Below, one piece after another: positions 36,915 to 37,579 of a stretch of 37,579 nucleotides of DNA (positions are counted from its first letter, which is position 1; each line of letters starts with the position of its first letter). This DNA comes from a virus (lineage: Duplodnaviria > Heunggongvirae > Uroviricota > Caudoviricetes). The notes beneath the pieces are model-generated. The model did no database searches, was not told where the DNA came from, and saw only the letters and a program-made list of their open reading frames with translations. The position numbers were made by a program, and so were the translations under genes. The stretch lies in the IMG/VR virus record IMGVR_UViG_2541047812_000004, positions 1-37,579 of that record; one strand, given 5' to 3'.

Positions 36915-37292
36915 GTGAAACATAAACAACGTTGGGCGGGGGCAATCTGCTGTTTTGTCCTCTTCATTGTGGTGTGTCTTTTTCTGGCGACGCACATGAA
37001 AGGCGCTTTTCGGGCTGCCGGGCATCCTGAAATCGGTTTGCTATTTTTCATTCTTCCTGGTGCAGTTGCCAGCTTCTTTTCACATCGTAGAGAAGTCCTG
37101 AAACCTCTGTTTGGCGCAATGCTGGCGGCACCCTGTTCGATGCTCATTATGCGGCTGTTTTTTTCACCGACGCGCTCATTCTGGCAAGAGCTGGCATGGT
37201 TATTAAGTGCGGTGTTCTGGTGTGCGCTGGGGGCATTGTGTTTCTTATTTATCAGTAGTTTGTTTAAACCACAGCACAGAAAAAATCAATAA
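36915..37292 (+). CDS. ybjM: Inner membrane protein YbjM (host gene)
   Basis: 125-aa membrane protein; GTG start with AGGAGGA RBS; E. coli ybjL-ybjM-grxA synteny. Confidence 0.8.
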   Translation: MKHKQRWAGAICCFVLFIVVCLFLATHMKGAFRAAGHPEIGLLFFILPGAVASFFSHRREVLKPLFGAMLAAPCSMLIMRLFFSPTRSFWQELAWLLSAVFWCALGALCFLFISSLFKPQHRKNQ

Positions 37293-37321
37293 AGCCCTCA
37301 ACGCGAGGGCTTGTCAGACGA

Positions 37322-37579
37322 TCAGGCGTCCAGATTCTCTTTCGCCCATGCAGCAAAATCGGTATAGCCGCCGATATGTTGCTGATCGACAAAAATCTGC
37401 GGCACGGTTTCTACGGGTTTACCTGCCTTTTGTTGTAGATCTTCTTTAGTGATCCCTTCCGCACGAATATCTACATACTGATACTGGAAATCATCGCGTT
37501 CATTGCTCAATTTCTCAGCCAGATCTTTTGCACGCACACAGTAAGGGCAACCCGGACGACCAAAAATAACGGTTTGCAT
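37322..37579 (-). CDS. grxA: Glutaredoxin 1 (host gene)
   Basis: 85 aa with CPYC active site (MQTVIFGRPGCPYCVRAKDLAEKL...); start codon is the last three bases of the window. Confidence 0.9.
   Translation of the reverse strand: MQTVIFGRPGCPYCVRAKDLAEKLSNERDDFQYQYVDIRAEGITKEDLQQKAGKPVETVPQIFVDQQHIGGYTDFAAWAKENLDA

Noticed and set aside
1-37579. CRISPR array
   Set aside because: No series of regularly spaced direct repeats of 25-40 bp seen anywhere in the window.

Overview
Almost the whole window is a P2/186-family temperate myovirus prophage, running from the integrase at position 1 to ogr at about 34.7 kb, followed by the E. coli-type host genes ybjL, ybjM and grxA (34.96-37.58 kb). The left attachment site lies outside the window. 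CDS coordinates include the stop codon. The ORF track labels GTG and TTG starts as M, so several starts were re-placed by reading the sequence. Gene order matches the P2 map: int, CI-like repressor, cox/apl-like, cII, small early genes, dam, replication gene A, then Q-P, O-N-M-L-X, lysis genes, R-S, V-W-J-I-H-G, FI-FII-E/E'-T-U-D-ogr. Two AT-rich cargo insertions sit at the two classic P2 variable loci. (1) Between A and Q (about 8.65-11.4 kb) is a translationally coupled gene pair: a 692-aa protein with an unknown N-terminal domain fused to an SF1 UvrD/Rep-like helicase core, plus a 209-aa protein with no recognisable motif. This is my best candidate for an undescribed anti-phage defence system. 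(2) Between S and V (19.85-21.6 kb, minus strand) is a single 584-aa gene with a C-terminal HEPN-like Rx4-6H motif, a candidate abortive-infection RNase. Other supported features are a Pin/Gin-type invertible tail-fibre segment with hix-like crossover sites, a LexA box ahead of a Tum/DinI-like module, a pinholin plus SAR-endolysin cassette, the E/E' -1 frameshift site, three TGT-N12-ACA late-promoter dyads, and a small secreted Cys-rich peptide gene between the repressor and integrase. All homology calls are from reading the translations and recalled family knowledge; no database search was run and GC content is judged by eye.
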